Made by a program: the position numbers and the translations under genes. Positions 13,238-30,508 of a stretch of DNA of 64,000 bases are shown here, one piece after another. Each line of letters begins with the position of its first letter. The first letter of the stretch is position 1. Under the pieces are notes generated by a model, which made no database searches, had not been told where the DNA came from, and saw only the letters and a program-made list of their open reading frames with translations. The stretch lies in contig JALJEE010001228.1 of assembly GCA_023231475.1 (NCBI GenBank), forward strand, positions 1-64,000, read 5' to 3'. The DNA comes from Seison nebaliae. Lineage: Eukaryota.

Positions 13238-14619
13238 ACATTCATTGTACAAGAAACAAATATCGTAGGAAGTAAAATTAGCGAACTTTACTTGACACAG
13301 CTTTATATATGTTGATTCTTAGATGATTTTTAGATATGTCTGATTTTTAGTTGGTTCTCACAACTAATCGCCTATAATTATTTATTATGAATAAAGAAGT
13401 TTATATTAAACGAATTAAATTGTTCTAACTATTTATTGCTTATTCCTTTCCAGAATATAATAATAATACAGAAAAATGATCCCTTGCAATAATAATTTAA
13501 TTTCTTTCTTGTGGACTTATTTGACCGAAGATATTTGAATCCTTTTAAGAATAATTCCCATATTTTTTCCCCTACTCTATACCCTCATGTTACAAAAGAA
13601 AAATATTTAAATTGAAAAATTATAGTTTGCAAATCAAATTCATAGTAGAACAGTCTATATTATATGATTTTATTATATATTAGTTCACCGTATATCACAT
13701 ATTAGTCGCAGCATTATTTAGGGTTTTTTTGATCGGGCTATGTCTATATGAACTGGGCATTATACTGGATTTTTATTTGAATGTCCACTGTAATGAACGA
13801 ATTGACAAAATTCTCACTGTCAGTAACCATTTCAAAATGTAAGGTGGTAAACATTTTTGAGCTATGTTACTTATCATTACCTGATTTTCACACGGCCAAA
13901 TTGAATTAATACAATTGACACAGATTTGTAATTAATGATATTTATAATGACTGAAGTTACGAAGAAAATAACGTTAATTTAATGATCCAAACGAATGGCC
14001 GATGGGAAGTTAATCGCATAAATGTTCCTATCACCAAAAACCTGTAAAATTACATCAATATCGATAAGTTTCCAAGACATCCTAGGTATAAAGATATATC
14101 TTTGATAAAAGATACACAGGTCTCCGGTAAATACTCCATAATCGAAATTATAATGATATATAACTCAACTTATCTACCATTACCAATTATGAAAACTTCA
14201 AAATTCATTTCATATGGCAAACATCTTCTTATCTTTATATTAGCGTGCCTTTTAATAAACTATTAAGTTGTTTTTTTCTACTAATTCATTAGTCGTATTA
14301 TCACTCTCCTATCAAGTCATGTCGAATTACTCTTCTAAATTACCTCGCTTACATACTTATTTGTCTTCTTATTGATAGTTTCTCGTGGTCCTTTTCTAAG
14401 TTGCAGTCATTTCTGATATTCTTCCTGTTCTTCTTTTATAAACGATTGGGATGATGGACATAAATAAAAAACTAAAAAAATTTTCAATATTTCGATTAGT
14501 GACTTAAAATCGATTTTTTCAGATTTTCAGATATGATTATAATGATATTATACAAATATGTAAAAATTAACTGTGTATACATCGAAATTCGAATATCTGA
14601 TATATAAGAAGATTCGATG

Positions 14620-17600
14620 TTCTTATATATCATGTTTTTCTATGGTTTATACTAATCGTAATTGTAAAAGTTCTTTAATCTAATTGTAGCCTTGAGAGAC
14701 TTTGGACGGAAATATTGAAGTGATACCTTCGTAATCTTCGGTTATTCATTGTTTGTTATTGTTTAGGAACAAAATGAAGTTAATGTTACGACCGAGGTAG
14801 TTTAGAGAGACGACGAATAATTGACGAGAGAACATGGCAAACTTACATATTCGACAATATAAATTTAAAATTATAGATATCTGAAAGAAAAAATCAATAA
14901 ATATTGAAGCTTTATACAAAACAAAGAATATTTGAATATTGAAATATATATTTAGAATATTTAGAATATATAAATTTTAATGCAAATTTGTATGCAACTT
15001 TCATAAGTTGTATAGAACGTTGAACATGGATGTATGTGTTCTCTAAGCTAGAGTCCATGACTTATAATTTATTACATGGTGTAGTTGTTGTACACTAATA
15101 TACCCCATAATAAATGACTAACAAATTTTAATCGAAAATGTAGCAACTTAGAAGAAACGGAAGTTAAATTTTCTAAGATTTGTTACGTAATGTCATGAGT
15201 TGAATTAGCTTAAATAAGATGAGTATGAAATAGAAATGTTTAGGGAAAAATATATTAATCTTTCGAAAAGAACCTGTCGAAATGTTTCTTAGCAAAAATG
15301 ACCAAGTTAAGTTAGGAATTTTGAATCCAATTTGATATTGGTATATCCATTAAGATTTCTGGAGAGAAAGAAAAAGCCACAGGGAGGTGGAATAATAAAA
15401 ATCGTCGTTTTCATTATATTCATTACAATAAGCATTGCTGGTGGCATAGGAGGAGCCAGTTACTATTAGTTAAGATCTTGTGAACACTATATTTTTACAC
15501 AGGTGGAGGAGAATCAAATTCCAATAATAATGACAATAACATTGCTATTATTGTCAATGTTTAGTTTTTCTTTTCTTTTTAATTTAGTTTCTTCTTCGTT
15601 TAGCCAACTGATAGTGATGTTCCGTATGCCATCTATACATCTTACAACCTTGAAAGTGAATCGACCGTGACCGATATTTCCAATCGAGGAACATTTCAAC
15701 CGTTGGAAACTTCAAGTTACCCATGGTGGGAAACCTCTGATGTTTCGGGGGAAACCACCTCTGAAAACCCCTGGGAAGAAAGCACAATGGATTCAGGCCT
15801 CGAAACTACCAATTATTTATTGTGGCCACCTGAAGAAGATTTGGAGGATAGCTCAGAGGGAAGGTGGGAAGGTAGTTCAGATTCATGGCAGAAAATTACT
15901 ACTTATCAACAATGGGAACCTACAACTTATCAACAATGGGAACCTACAACTTATCAACAATGGGAACCTATTACTTATCAACAGAGCAAAATGACCACAA
16001 ATACTGACTCCACAACTACTGTTACAGGACGAATTACTACTACTACTACTACTACTGGGCAGATGGAAACTAATAGTGTTAGCGAGCTGGAAACTACAGT
16101 GATGATTATGATGGGAACTGGTGACAAGTAATAATTTTCATGATATACTCATATAATACATACATTGTGTAAAATTGATGATCTAACAACGTATTCTTCG
16201 TCATAAAAAAAATTGTATAAAATTCTTTAAAATTTTTTCTGGAATGTGCGGAAGGCGTTACGCAATTTTATTGAATTTACGATTAACTCGATTATATAAA
16301 TAAAAAATATTAAAAGTTATTTTGGGAAGAATTATTTTTAAATTTCAAAAATTCTCGGATAAATTTGCTACTCTAACTTTGTAAGCTTTAGATAATCGCC
16401 CATTTTAGAACATTATACCATTATACCATACTATGAATAAGCATTTTAACTAGAATCAGAATCTTCCACTTAGGAGTTTACATTTAACTGTTTAATAATT
16501 TTTTCATTACCTCTCCAAAACGATTAGTTGTCCAGTTTCATTAAACAATTTAAAGAAGTGAAGGTTTATGTTTATAAAATCAAATTGTTTAAAAAATTAA
16601 ATTACCGTCTACATGTACAAACCGTCTATATTTCGAAGACAATTCGGATGAAGCTTTTCTCGTTACACTGTTTGTGATTTAGTAAAGAAAGTCGAGAAAC
16701 AGAAATACAAGAAATGCGAATAATACCTCTAAATTTTGTTCATTATTGAGAACAAAAGAACGCAGTACTTGGATTATAAATATTGAAGAATTCAGAAAAT
16801 TCTTTCTTTGTTCCACATTCGATTTTTCCTTATCACATCGGGTGGTGAATACGCAAAATATGCCTGCGTTCAACTATCATAATAGTATATGAACTACGAT
16901 CCTTGTTGTTCCAAATGAATCTGAAGAAAACGCATGGTGAACACGATGTCTGTTTATGTATTATGGAGAAATTGAAGGAGTCATAATTTCAAATGATAGT
17001 TCAGTTTATTAATGATGTATTAACTGGTAATGTTCATCACAGTAACGTCATATTATTCTCAATCACTTCTCTTAAGATTGATAAAAATGATTGAGCAAAT
17101 TACACATTACTAACACTTACGCAAAAGAGTTATATTCGTCGTAATTACAATTCACATAATAAGGGGAAAATAATAAAGGTATTTTACTGATGAAATTTCT
17201 GATATTTCATTTCAAATTTCTCGTATTCTAAATTCGAAATTTATTCTCTTTTTCATGGACACATTGAAAACGATTAGTTCTGTCAGTATGGAACATGGAA
17301 TCGTTATATTATTTAACGAAGCAATTTATAAATATTCTCTTTCACTTATCAACTAAAAGACGGATCCAAGAAATCCGATATTTTTCATATAGATAAAGGA
17401 ATAAGACAGCGATGTATTTTGTCGCTTAGGGCACGATTAGAGGGTTTCTCGTCGTCTCTTCAATTTTCCTTCGGTTATTATTCGATTCATTTTCCTCATT
17501 TTGTCGATGAGACGCTATGTCTGTCCTACGATAAGAGCGAACCGAGTGAAGTAACAGAAATTGCATCTATTCCAAGTAGTGGTCGAACTAACGTGGATAT

Positions 17601-18820
17601 AATTTGGTTCCGTAAAAGTTCTATAACTTATCGTATTTATTTGTCTAACAGTAAGAATTTAACGATTTTTCCCCAATGTCCATTTCTCCGTCGTAATAAT
17701 TCCTTATATTCTCCGAAGAATTAGGTTATATACCGTGATATTGTCATATATGACTATTATAGATATGTTTTCCAGAAATCGCAACAAATTAATCGTATAT
17801 AGATGGAATTTACTTATATATCATATTTTTTCTATGGTTTATACTTTCCTTTCCTATTCAATAGGACCGTAAATTATCCGTTATCCGTCATTATGGAAAA
17901 TATTGAAATGAAATTGTTATGTTTCAATTGATTATAATCTCTTACTGTTAGTTTTATCTAAAAGCTCATTCTTATTGTTTAGGAACGCAACATAGTTAAT
18001 GGAAAACGTAGTTAAGGGAAGACTAAACGGAGTAATTGGTTAAACTTGAAAACATATCATGACAAGAAAACTCTAATCAATAATCGATAATATACATTAA
18101 AATTATAAACATATAGAAGAAGTTATTTATAGGACAGTCAATAAACATCGAATCTTTATATATAAGAAAATAATAGTTCAATATTGAAGGATAACGCAAG
18201 GTTAATTTGTATGCAACTTACAAGTCGCAACTTGTTATGTAATTATTATACGAATTAGAACATAGTTCTACGCGTTTTCTAACCCAGAGCTAATTTTAGA
18301 TATATTGATGAAGGGGATTCCCCTAATTGATGACCAAATGTAGCAACTTCGAAATAACGGAAATCAATTTTCTTACAATTTCTTACGTAATGTCATGAAC
18401 TGAACTATCTTAAATAAAATGACTATAGAATTTAAATTTTAACTAAAAGTAAAATAATCTTTCATAAAGACTCCTATCGAGATGTTTCTTAGCAAAAATG
18501 ACCAAGTTAAGTTAGGAATTTTGAATCCAATTTGATATTGGTATATCCATTAAGATTTCTGGAGAGAAAGAAAAAGCCACAGGGAGGTGGAATAATTAAA
18601 ATCGTCGTTTTCATTATATTCATTACAATAAGCATTGCTGGTGGCATTGGAGGAGCCAGTTACTATTAGTTAAGATCTTGTGAACACTATATTTTTACAC
18701 AGGTGGAGGAGGATCAAATTCCAATAATAATGACAATAACATTGCTATTATTGTCAATGTTTAGTTTTTCTTTTCTTTTTAATTTAGTTTCTTCTTCGTT
18801 TAGCCAACTGATAGTGATGT
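14620..18820 (+). repeat. Segmental tandem duplication with ~3.2-kb period (14620-15620 vs ~17810-18820)
   Basis: 15282-15620 matches 18482-18820 with 3 mismatches. Upstream regions share diverged blocks (ttatatatcat..ttttctatggtttatact, ttattgtttaggaac, tttgtatgcaactt, aaatgtagcaactt, ttacgtaatgtcatga). Confidence 0.9.
15282..16131 (+). CDS. Type II membrane Thr/Trp/Glu-rich protein, paralog 2 (238 aa)
   Basis: Exons 15282-15310, 15355-15458, 15503-15558, 15604-16131. MFLSKNDQVKFLERKKKPQ, TM, then TTYQQWEP repeats; ends MIMMGTGDK, similar to paralog 1 (MMMMGNGD). Confidence 0.8.
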
Positions 18821-19325
18821 GAAGCGTACAGGGGGATATACTACTACTGCTGTAGGGGGAGAAAAAACTACATATCCAACTCAAAGGGGATATACTACTA
18901 CTGCTCTATGGGGAGATGAAACTACAAATCCACCTGAATGGGGATATACTACTACTGCTCTACGGGGAGATGAAACTACAAATCCACCTGAAGGGGGATA
19001 TACTACTGCTGCTGCGAGGGGAGATACTACTGTTGCAGCAAGGGGAGATAATACTGCTGCAGCAAGGGGAGATACTACTGCAGCAGGGGGACATACTACT
19101 ATTGCAGCATGGAGACATACTACTACTGCAGCATGGAGACATACTACTACTGCTGTAGGGGGAGAAGAAACTACATATCCACCAGAATGGGACGATACTA
19201 CTGCTGCTGTTGGGGGAGATACTACTGCAGCAAGGGGAGATACTACTGCTGAACCAATGGAAACTTCTAGTGTTGGAGAGGACACTACCAGGGCGATAGA
19301 CGTTACGTATTGGAAATGGTGGTAA
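18482..19325 (+). CDS. Type II membrane Thr/Ala/Gly-rich protein, paralog 3 (236 aa)
   Basis: Exons 18482-18510, 18555-18658, 18703-18758, 18804-19325. The first three exons and introns are nearly identical to paralog 2. The repeat exon has GYTTTA..GDETTNPPE and AARGDTT units. Confidence 0.8.
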
Positions 19326-19778
19326 GTAGTAGTATGAAACAGAAACAGAGTTTGGGGAGAAACTTCAAGATTGATTTATAATTTACATTAAATTTATTCT
19401 TATTAGTAGAACACCAAATTGTTGGCATTCCAATATTCAAGTAGAAAATGAACACGTATATCTGTATTTCATATGACAATTTACATTTCTTCCTTATTTT
19501 TTTCAAGAAATAAATTAAGAAAATAATAGAAACAAATAAACTGGAAATGAAATTTTTTGAAAATATTTATTGGTTGAATCTACCAAATATGTTAAAATGC
19601 AAAGGGTTAAACAGCCATTAGTTGTCTATTAGTTTCTTTGAATAATTAAAAGAAGTGAAGTTTTATATCTATAAATTATTTTTTAAAATGATATATCAGT
19701 TTTAACTGGATTCCTAAAAATTTTGTTAGAAGAAGCTTTAAGGTTAATCGTTTGTCATACGATACTTTTTCGTATTAA

Positions 19779-22314
19779 TTACCAAAAGTTGAGAAATCCT
19801 GGAAAACCAGTTTCAGTACTTTGAAATACACCTCGAGTTGGTACAAACTTCCGTTCTGTTGTTAAGCCTTTCTTTTTCGGTACGTAATTCATATTACCTT
19901 TAGCGTCTCTTGTAATATGACCATATGTATCACCTTGCATAAAACGAATACCAGGAACATGGCCAGTATAATTAGGAACCAGTCCATTTTCTTTACGATA
20001 TATTGTATTCAACTTCCCGTCATGTTTCTCATTAGCTTTTATTAATAAATTGTTTTCAGATAATGTCGATTTAACGAATTTCTTATGGAAGCTTCTTCTC
20101 TTATCAAATTCGACCAAGGCGTCATGAGTGGCAACTTGGTGCCCATTACCAAATAAATTTCTTTCTATCGGTACGAAACCCATATATTCTGGAAACAAAC
20201 ATATGTAAGATTTAAATGGAAAAATTCTTTTAAAAAAAACTTGATCTCATATACTTCTCTGGACAATCTGGCATATCATAAGGACTTTGAGAGAAATTGG
20301 GAATATGTTTTGGTAGATAAGGAGCAGCATCGACCTGTATTGGTTCCAACGGTTGAGGAATTCGACTTGTTTGGATCTGTTAAAAAAGTGAGACTCATAA
20401 GTCATTTAAGATAAAAAACATCTGCTGCAATTCTTGGATCATTTTTAGATAATTTGCTTCTATGATATTCTTGAATTAGTTTTTGTTTTTCGTGTTGTTG
20501 TTCCCATTTCTTCATTCGATCGGACAAATCTGCCAGGCCGCGAATTGCCGTTTTAGTGTCCGATTCCCCATGATATTCATATTGGCCCGGAATATATCCT
20601 GTGATATTAGATAAGTTATTTAATTAGGAAATTTTAAAAGAACCTGTATATCCGGGAATGATGGAATTATGATATTTGTTATCGCCCCAACTCCTTTTCG
20701 AATATTTCAAATTACATTTCATTTGATCAAGTGAAGTTGGTCGTTTTGTTTCGCCATGTGACTTTTGATTATTATTATTCTCATTATCCTCCTGAACATC
20801 CATTTTACTCTTCTCTAAATCTGATCTAAAAAAGATGAAATTATAAATAAGAATTCAAATGATTCCAACATTGGTTTCCATATTTCTTTCGTTCTGGAAC
20901 TTCGACAATACTCGTCTTGATATTCACTTAATAAACTTTTCAATTCCACTAATTTATATGGCCATTTCTCTTGAGCTTCAATTAATTGGAGAATCTTCTT
21001 GCTATGTATCTTCTCCACATCATCATTAACGTATTTCTCAATCATCTCTTTACATTTGTCAATTTCGTCTTTTCTTAAATTCGATAGAACTTCTTGTTCC
21101 TTTCTAATACTTTTCGCATTTCTCAATCGTCTCAAAAGTTCATTGTTAAATTCTTGGATATATTTATAGTTGTGATTATATTCTTCTTGATATTCCGATT
21201 TCATATCCATACAATCATTTTTTGATAAATCATTAACGAATCGCTCGTACTGTGTTTGAGGATGAAGAATTTGTCGTCGCTTCTCACAATCGACAGCTAA
21301 TAAGTCATTGAATCGTTTCGTTAACATCTCCTCATAAACCTCTTTCCTTTGTACTTTGCATTTCGTGTCTTCGGCAGCTATCTTATAACAAGCATCTTTT
21401 AATTCCATCCCTCTCTCTTGTACTTCCACTTCCCGATTTCGAAATTTTTCTCGTTCCTTCTTTTTTTGAGCTATGAGAATTTTATGCATTTGAGGTCGAG
21501 TCAATTTTCCTCGTTCTCTCAAATTGTAAAGTGTAGCATTGTCATATTCTCCTTCCTCCTCACTTAAATCATTATTATTCGAATTATTTTGATTAAGATC
21601 AGCTAATTCATTTTTCATATTTTCATACAAATTCCGATTCTCTCGGAAACCAAGATCAATTAACGGATATTGTCCATTATATGGATAATATTCACTGTAA
21701 TATAAACGTTGATTATACATATAAGCTGCTTCCATTTCAGCTGGATTACACAATTCACTCCTACGAACAGTTGGACGATCGATAATACGTTCCGTTTTTG
21801 CAGGTGACGGAGGTCGTTGTTCAGGAGTTTTCGGTCTTAGATCTATTTGACATGGTAAGATATCAGTATTATCAGGATCAGATAAAATTGTCAATTGTTT
21901 ATATGTTCGATCGAAATTATCAAGAAAATGTTCTTGTCTCTGTTTTTCTGTTGATTTCTGATTGAAACATGCCTGATAGTTTAAGAATGTGTCACCTATC
22001 GGACTCTTGTTAACACCGTAACATTTTGGCGATCGTTCTGTGGTTATACAATCTTGAACTTCTCGTTCACGTATGGTATTAACCGTTGCGACTTTCATAC
22101 CGATCGTATCTTTTTGTTTGCACTTAAATCCCACATCAAAACTTTGATGATATTCCGTTTCATTATTAGTGAGACCATATTGTTTCTTCAAGATCGGTAA
22201 TGAATCTCGATCTACTCGTGGAATATATGGATAAGGATGTAACGATCGTGCTTTCAATAATTGCTCACAATTATCTACTTGTTGAGGTGTGACACTTCCT
22301 ATTTCACCAGTCAT
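19779..22314 (-). CDS. FAM166/CIMIP2-like ciliary microtubule inner protein with long N-terminal coiled-coil region (~783 aa)
   Basis: Exons 22314-20870, 20825-20644, 20598-20420, 20376-20241, 20188-19779 join in frame. Repeated motifs IIPGYTGYIPG, YMGFVP and GLVPNYTGHVPGIRFMQGDTYG are typical of FAM166/DUF2475 repeats. Confidence 0.7.
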
Positions 22315-22974
22315 ACCGCCACTCACATTAACAAAGAAAAAGTGAAATTATTCAAAAAATTCGAGTTCAATTAAACGATTTTCTATTTCTCTTATTTTTA
22401 TAAGTGAAAATTTTAGTTGGAGAACTAAAAATTAGTTGTCTTATTCAATTTTTTCTTTAGTGTTAAATTGTGAAATTTAATTGGAGTGTTGGAGAACGAA
22501 AAAATTTGATGGAAAATTTATAACAAATCTATTTTATTTGAAATCAACCAAAGAAACCGAAATAAGGTTCTATAGTGGAAAGTCATTTGTTAAATGTAAC
22601 TCGCTTCCAATTTGCTGATAAGTCCTTTAATTTCTTGGTGGGTCGAATGTGCTGAAAGGAGATTTAATAGAAAGTTTCTTTAATTTACAAATAAGAAGAA
22701 TAAAATATCATTAGAATAAATGAGTTTTGTTAAAAATCGAATATTCGCTGTAAATGTGTTATGTGAGATGAGATGGAACTTTCCCGTGAAAGGTTAGAAG
22801 TTGAGGAATTTATAGAATGACATCGCAAATAATTTGAATGAATAAAGAAAGAATATCATTAAGAAAGATTTGTTAAATAAGAATTTTCCAGAAATTACTG
22901 GATCGAATTACAAATGAAATTTCCTATTATTCATCATATCATGAGAATTAATTAGTTTTATAAGGAGGTAATTA

Positions 22975-26886
<3,912 letters not shown>

Positions 26887-27739
26887 CTTTAAATGGAAAA
26901 ACACAATTTATTTCAGTTAATAATTGATGTCTGTCTGATATTCTGCCATCATGTCCAAGAGTTACGTCTCGTCATTAATGATTTCATGTCAAACGGAAAT
27001 TTATAGATGGTATTGAAAAAACAAAAACTTTTTAATATTCTTACTCAAATTTTTTAATGATAAATTTTATGTGGAAATATCATCAACGTCCACGACAACA
27101 CATGAAGTGAGAGAGAGGAAGGAAAGAATGAGTAACAGGAGACGAAGTTACCGGACAACGAAATGATCATAAGAAACGATTGAATTGAAAATGTTCTCTG
27201 TCTATGGACGTGCAAAATGAAGAAACAGATGAAATTGAAGTGTTGGTGGGGAGGTGAAACGGAGAAGGAAAATCGATATTTCATAATGAATATTAAATGA
27301 AGTCTAAGGAAGCGATATTGGGGAGAGAAATCGATAAATTTTAATTGTTCCAATTTGGGAGAAATGATAAGGAAATGACAATCTTCTACATGAAAATTAA
27401 ACGATACTAATTTTCTTTTATTGAAATATAATTGATGAGAATTAATTTTTTATTTCGACGGGAATTCAAGAGGAAAAAAGAGAAATTGAGCGGACGAGAC
27501 AATAAGAGATAATTGAGTGGAGAAGAAGAATCGAAGAGATTTTCTTATAAATTTCACATACATATAATTATACATAATCAACATTAGATTTTTAAAGAAA
27601 ACTTCTTCTGTACACAATAATACACACACACATACACACACACATATATAGAAAGAGGTAGACGGGAAGATGTTCGAATCAATAAAATATGTTATTTCTT
27701 TTAAATTGGACGGTAATTAAAGTGGAATTGAAGCTTAAC

Positions 27740-28111
27740 TCTTGACCGTTCCACAAATGAAAGGAGACGAACCTGCAAATATGTTTGAGTCATCTAATTT
27801 CGGCTGAGAAAGAACGACGATTTTCCGCATATTCTTCCCATTTTCACTCGAGATTATTGAACTGTTATTTATTGTTCTATCAATATTGATGATATTTGTA
27901 TTAACATGTTGTCGGGTGGATGTTGATCGGTCTCTATAATTCTCTTCGGCATCAGTGATGTAGTGGCAGTGTGGTATCGATACGGTGAGATAGCCACTTT
28001 CCACACTGGAACTATTTGAAATTTTGTCGTTGATCCAATGAATTAGTTGTTGTTTCGACTGACTCTTCTTCTTCTGCGAATTCTTCTGACAATAGTCACA
28101 TCGATGACAAT
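27740..28111 (-). CDS. Probable upstream coding exon of DYRK1
   Basis: Open 372-nt segment with a pyrimidine-rich TAG acceptor and a phase-1 GTTAAG donor, frame-compatible with the exon starting at 26886. Confidence 0.45.
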
Positions 28112-30508
28112 CTAGATAGGAAAGAGAAGGAGAAATTAATTGAGAAACGATTAAAAGGAAAGTTTGAATATGTTTAGAGCATTAGAATGGATCGAGAAGA
28201 AATTGTAAGCAATTAATATTAGGCAATTATGCAAATGAATTAAAATTGATACATTGTCGTTAATAAATGAACTACGTGAATTGTCGTCGTGTGATGACGA
28301 ATAGTCGATGAGAGGAAAAATGGTTCGAACGAGAAAGTAGTTGTCGCAATGGAGTTGCGTGGTACGATTCTTTCAAAAATGTCCACTCCCGTCACTGGGA
28401 ATAAGTTGATCAATGTATGATGTTTGATCACAATTCGATCATGAGAAGAAGAGAATGGAGAGTTTGATTGAAATGAAGAGAAAGACGAGATGAAGAAGAA
28501 ATGAAGAGGAAGAAGTTAAATAAAGTTAATGTCATTTTGTTTGATGAGATGGATAGTCATCAGTTGCGTGCATTGAAGCAATTTGGGAGGGCATTTCGTA
28601 CAATGACATCATCAAACAATTGGACTGTGGCGATAAATGAATGTCAAATAGAAATGAAATTCTTCCACAATCACATGAAGAGAAGAAGAGGAATATTTAT
28701 ATGAATAAATTGATTGATCAAGAAAAGGAAGCAAAATGAATCGGATGTAATTTGAAAGAAATCAAAAATAAATATAATTATAAGAATCAGTAGGAATGGG
28801 AAGAGATTGAGAAGGAGAAGTTCAACTCATTGAGATTATGTAAATACTTCCAATTCTTAATAATATACTGATATTGATTTGATCGATTGACTGGAGATAA
28901 TACGAATTCATCATTCCCAACATGTAACATGAGAAGAATTTTCATCAACAAATAAATTGGACATTGAACAACACGATCGTTTGTGAGCGACAAAGGAAAG
29001 ATTGTGCGAGAATAATTCTCCAAGTTGTTAATTCGACCCAAATGCATTTTCTTACTCTCTACGTGCAATTTCCGAACAACGCTACTCCTTACCTCGCTCC
29101 AAGGAAATGTCATTCGATTGTTTTTATTAGATTCCTTCAGATCAGAATATAACCAATATTCCTATAACAGGTTATTAATATACCTGTACTCCAAGACTAT
29201 GTGAGGAGAATGAGAGGAAGATTCATAGAAATTCATTTTCTGTCGGTATTGATATCTTGTTGGAATATGTCATCTACCAATTCTATTGACTTTGTAAGAT
29301 TTTATGAAGTTTCCTATGATAAAGTTGAGGGAATTTGATGAGAATGTAACAGGATCTCGAGATGAAGACCAATGATGATGAGGTGTAGCAAGAATGGATT
29401 GATGAGAAGAAAGATGACACAATCATCGAGTAGAATAGAACCAATAAGAGAAGTGGGACTTTCTTTCGAACATTCGAAAAAATATCCCAAGGGTAGTTAT
29501 CGCAACTGGAATTCACTCATCTCCTTATTCAATAAACGAACCAGTTTACTATGATACATGGAGGCACAGAAGAAAGAACTATTGTCACATAAGTGGAATG
29601 AATGGGGGACTACGAATGGAAAAGCGGGAACGGAAAGATGGAACTATTGTAGTTGGAAGTAGAATGTGGAGAAGACATCTACGAAAGGGGAGCGACGAAT
29701 ACAATTATGAGAAGAAATGGTCAGTATAAACTGCTCAGTTCAACCATTCAATCAATTAACTCTTCTTATGTCCACCAGATAACCATTATCTTTTTTATGA
29801 CGATTATACAAAGATAGATATTTATACGTATTATTATTGTTATGTTTAAGCAGTTGTTGAATGATGCAGTTAATATGGATGATGAAATTATGTGAAAAGG
29901 TTTTCTCTTCGTTAGAGAATTGGATGAGTCCTTCTTACCTAGATGTGATGGGGAAGGTTAGGCATATGTGAGAATAGGAGACATAAAATTATGATACAAA
30001 TGCCAAATATAATTTTGGAAGAGTATGGTGTAGAGAGATGTAATTATCATAATGGACGATTATTTTAGAGTTAGATAAATAAATGTAAATTGAAACATCA
30101 TAATCTATTCGGCAATATATGCGCCATCCATAAGAAATACGATCGTAGAAATAGAAGGAGAAGTTTGGTCTGACAATACGGAATAAAATAAAATCTTTCA
30201 ACCATAATCTAATGAAATTTCTCATAAGGAGAAGTAAAAGAATATATTTATAATTCTTTAACAATTTCGTTTTAGTCGATCGAACAATTGTCAGATGGAA
30301 GGAAGATAGTTAGAATGAGTGGGAAGAAGAAGGAAAGAATCTTATGAATTTTTTGACATTACCTAACCCCAATGAGAAGTGGACAATATACCTGAATGGA
30401 ATGTAAATGATTGGACTGACCTCTCTAAAAAAGAATATCATTCATTTCTCATCTTATCATTTTGGGATTATTAGAAGAATGATTGAAGAAATGAAGTCGT
30501 ATAGAAAC

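Noticed and set aside
12559..13245. 228-aa antisense ORF of VVQGSIVLLGRL repeats (also 18881-19285 and 18916-19158)
   Set aside because: Shadow frames of stop-poor coding repeats. The sense frame has the spliced TM anchor and paralog support.
13700..17720. GC-richer patches between the repeat-protein genes (13.7-14.1 kb, 16.6-17.7 kb) as possible TE relics
   Set aside because: No recognisable transposase or RT motif and no terminal repeats by eye; needs a repeat-library search.
19321..19330. Canonical GTAAGT donor at the end of paralog 3
   Set aside because: It overlaps the stop region, aligns with the paralogs' GDK* ending, and no downstream exon is evident.
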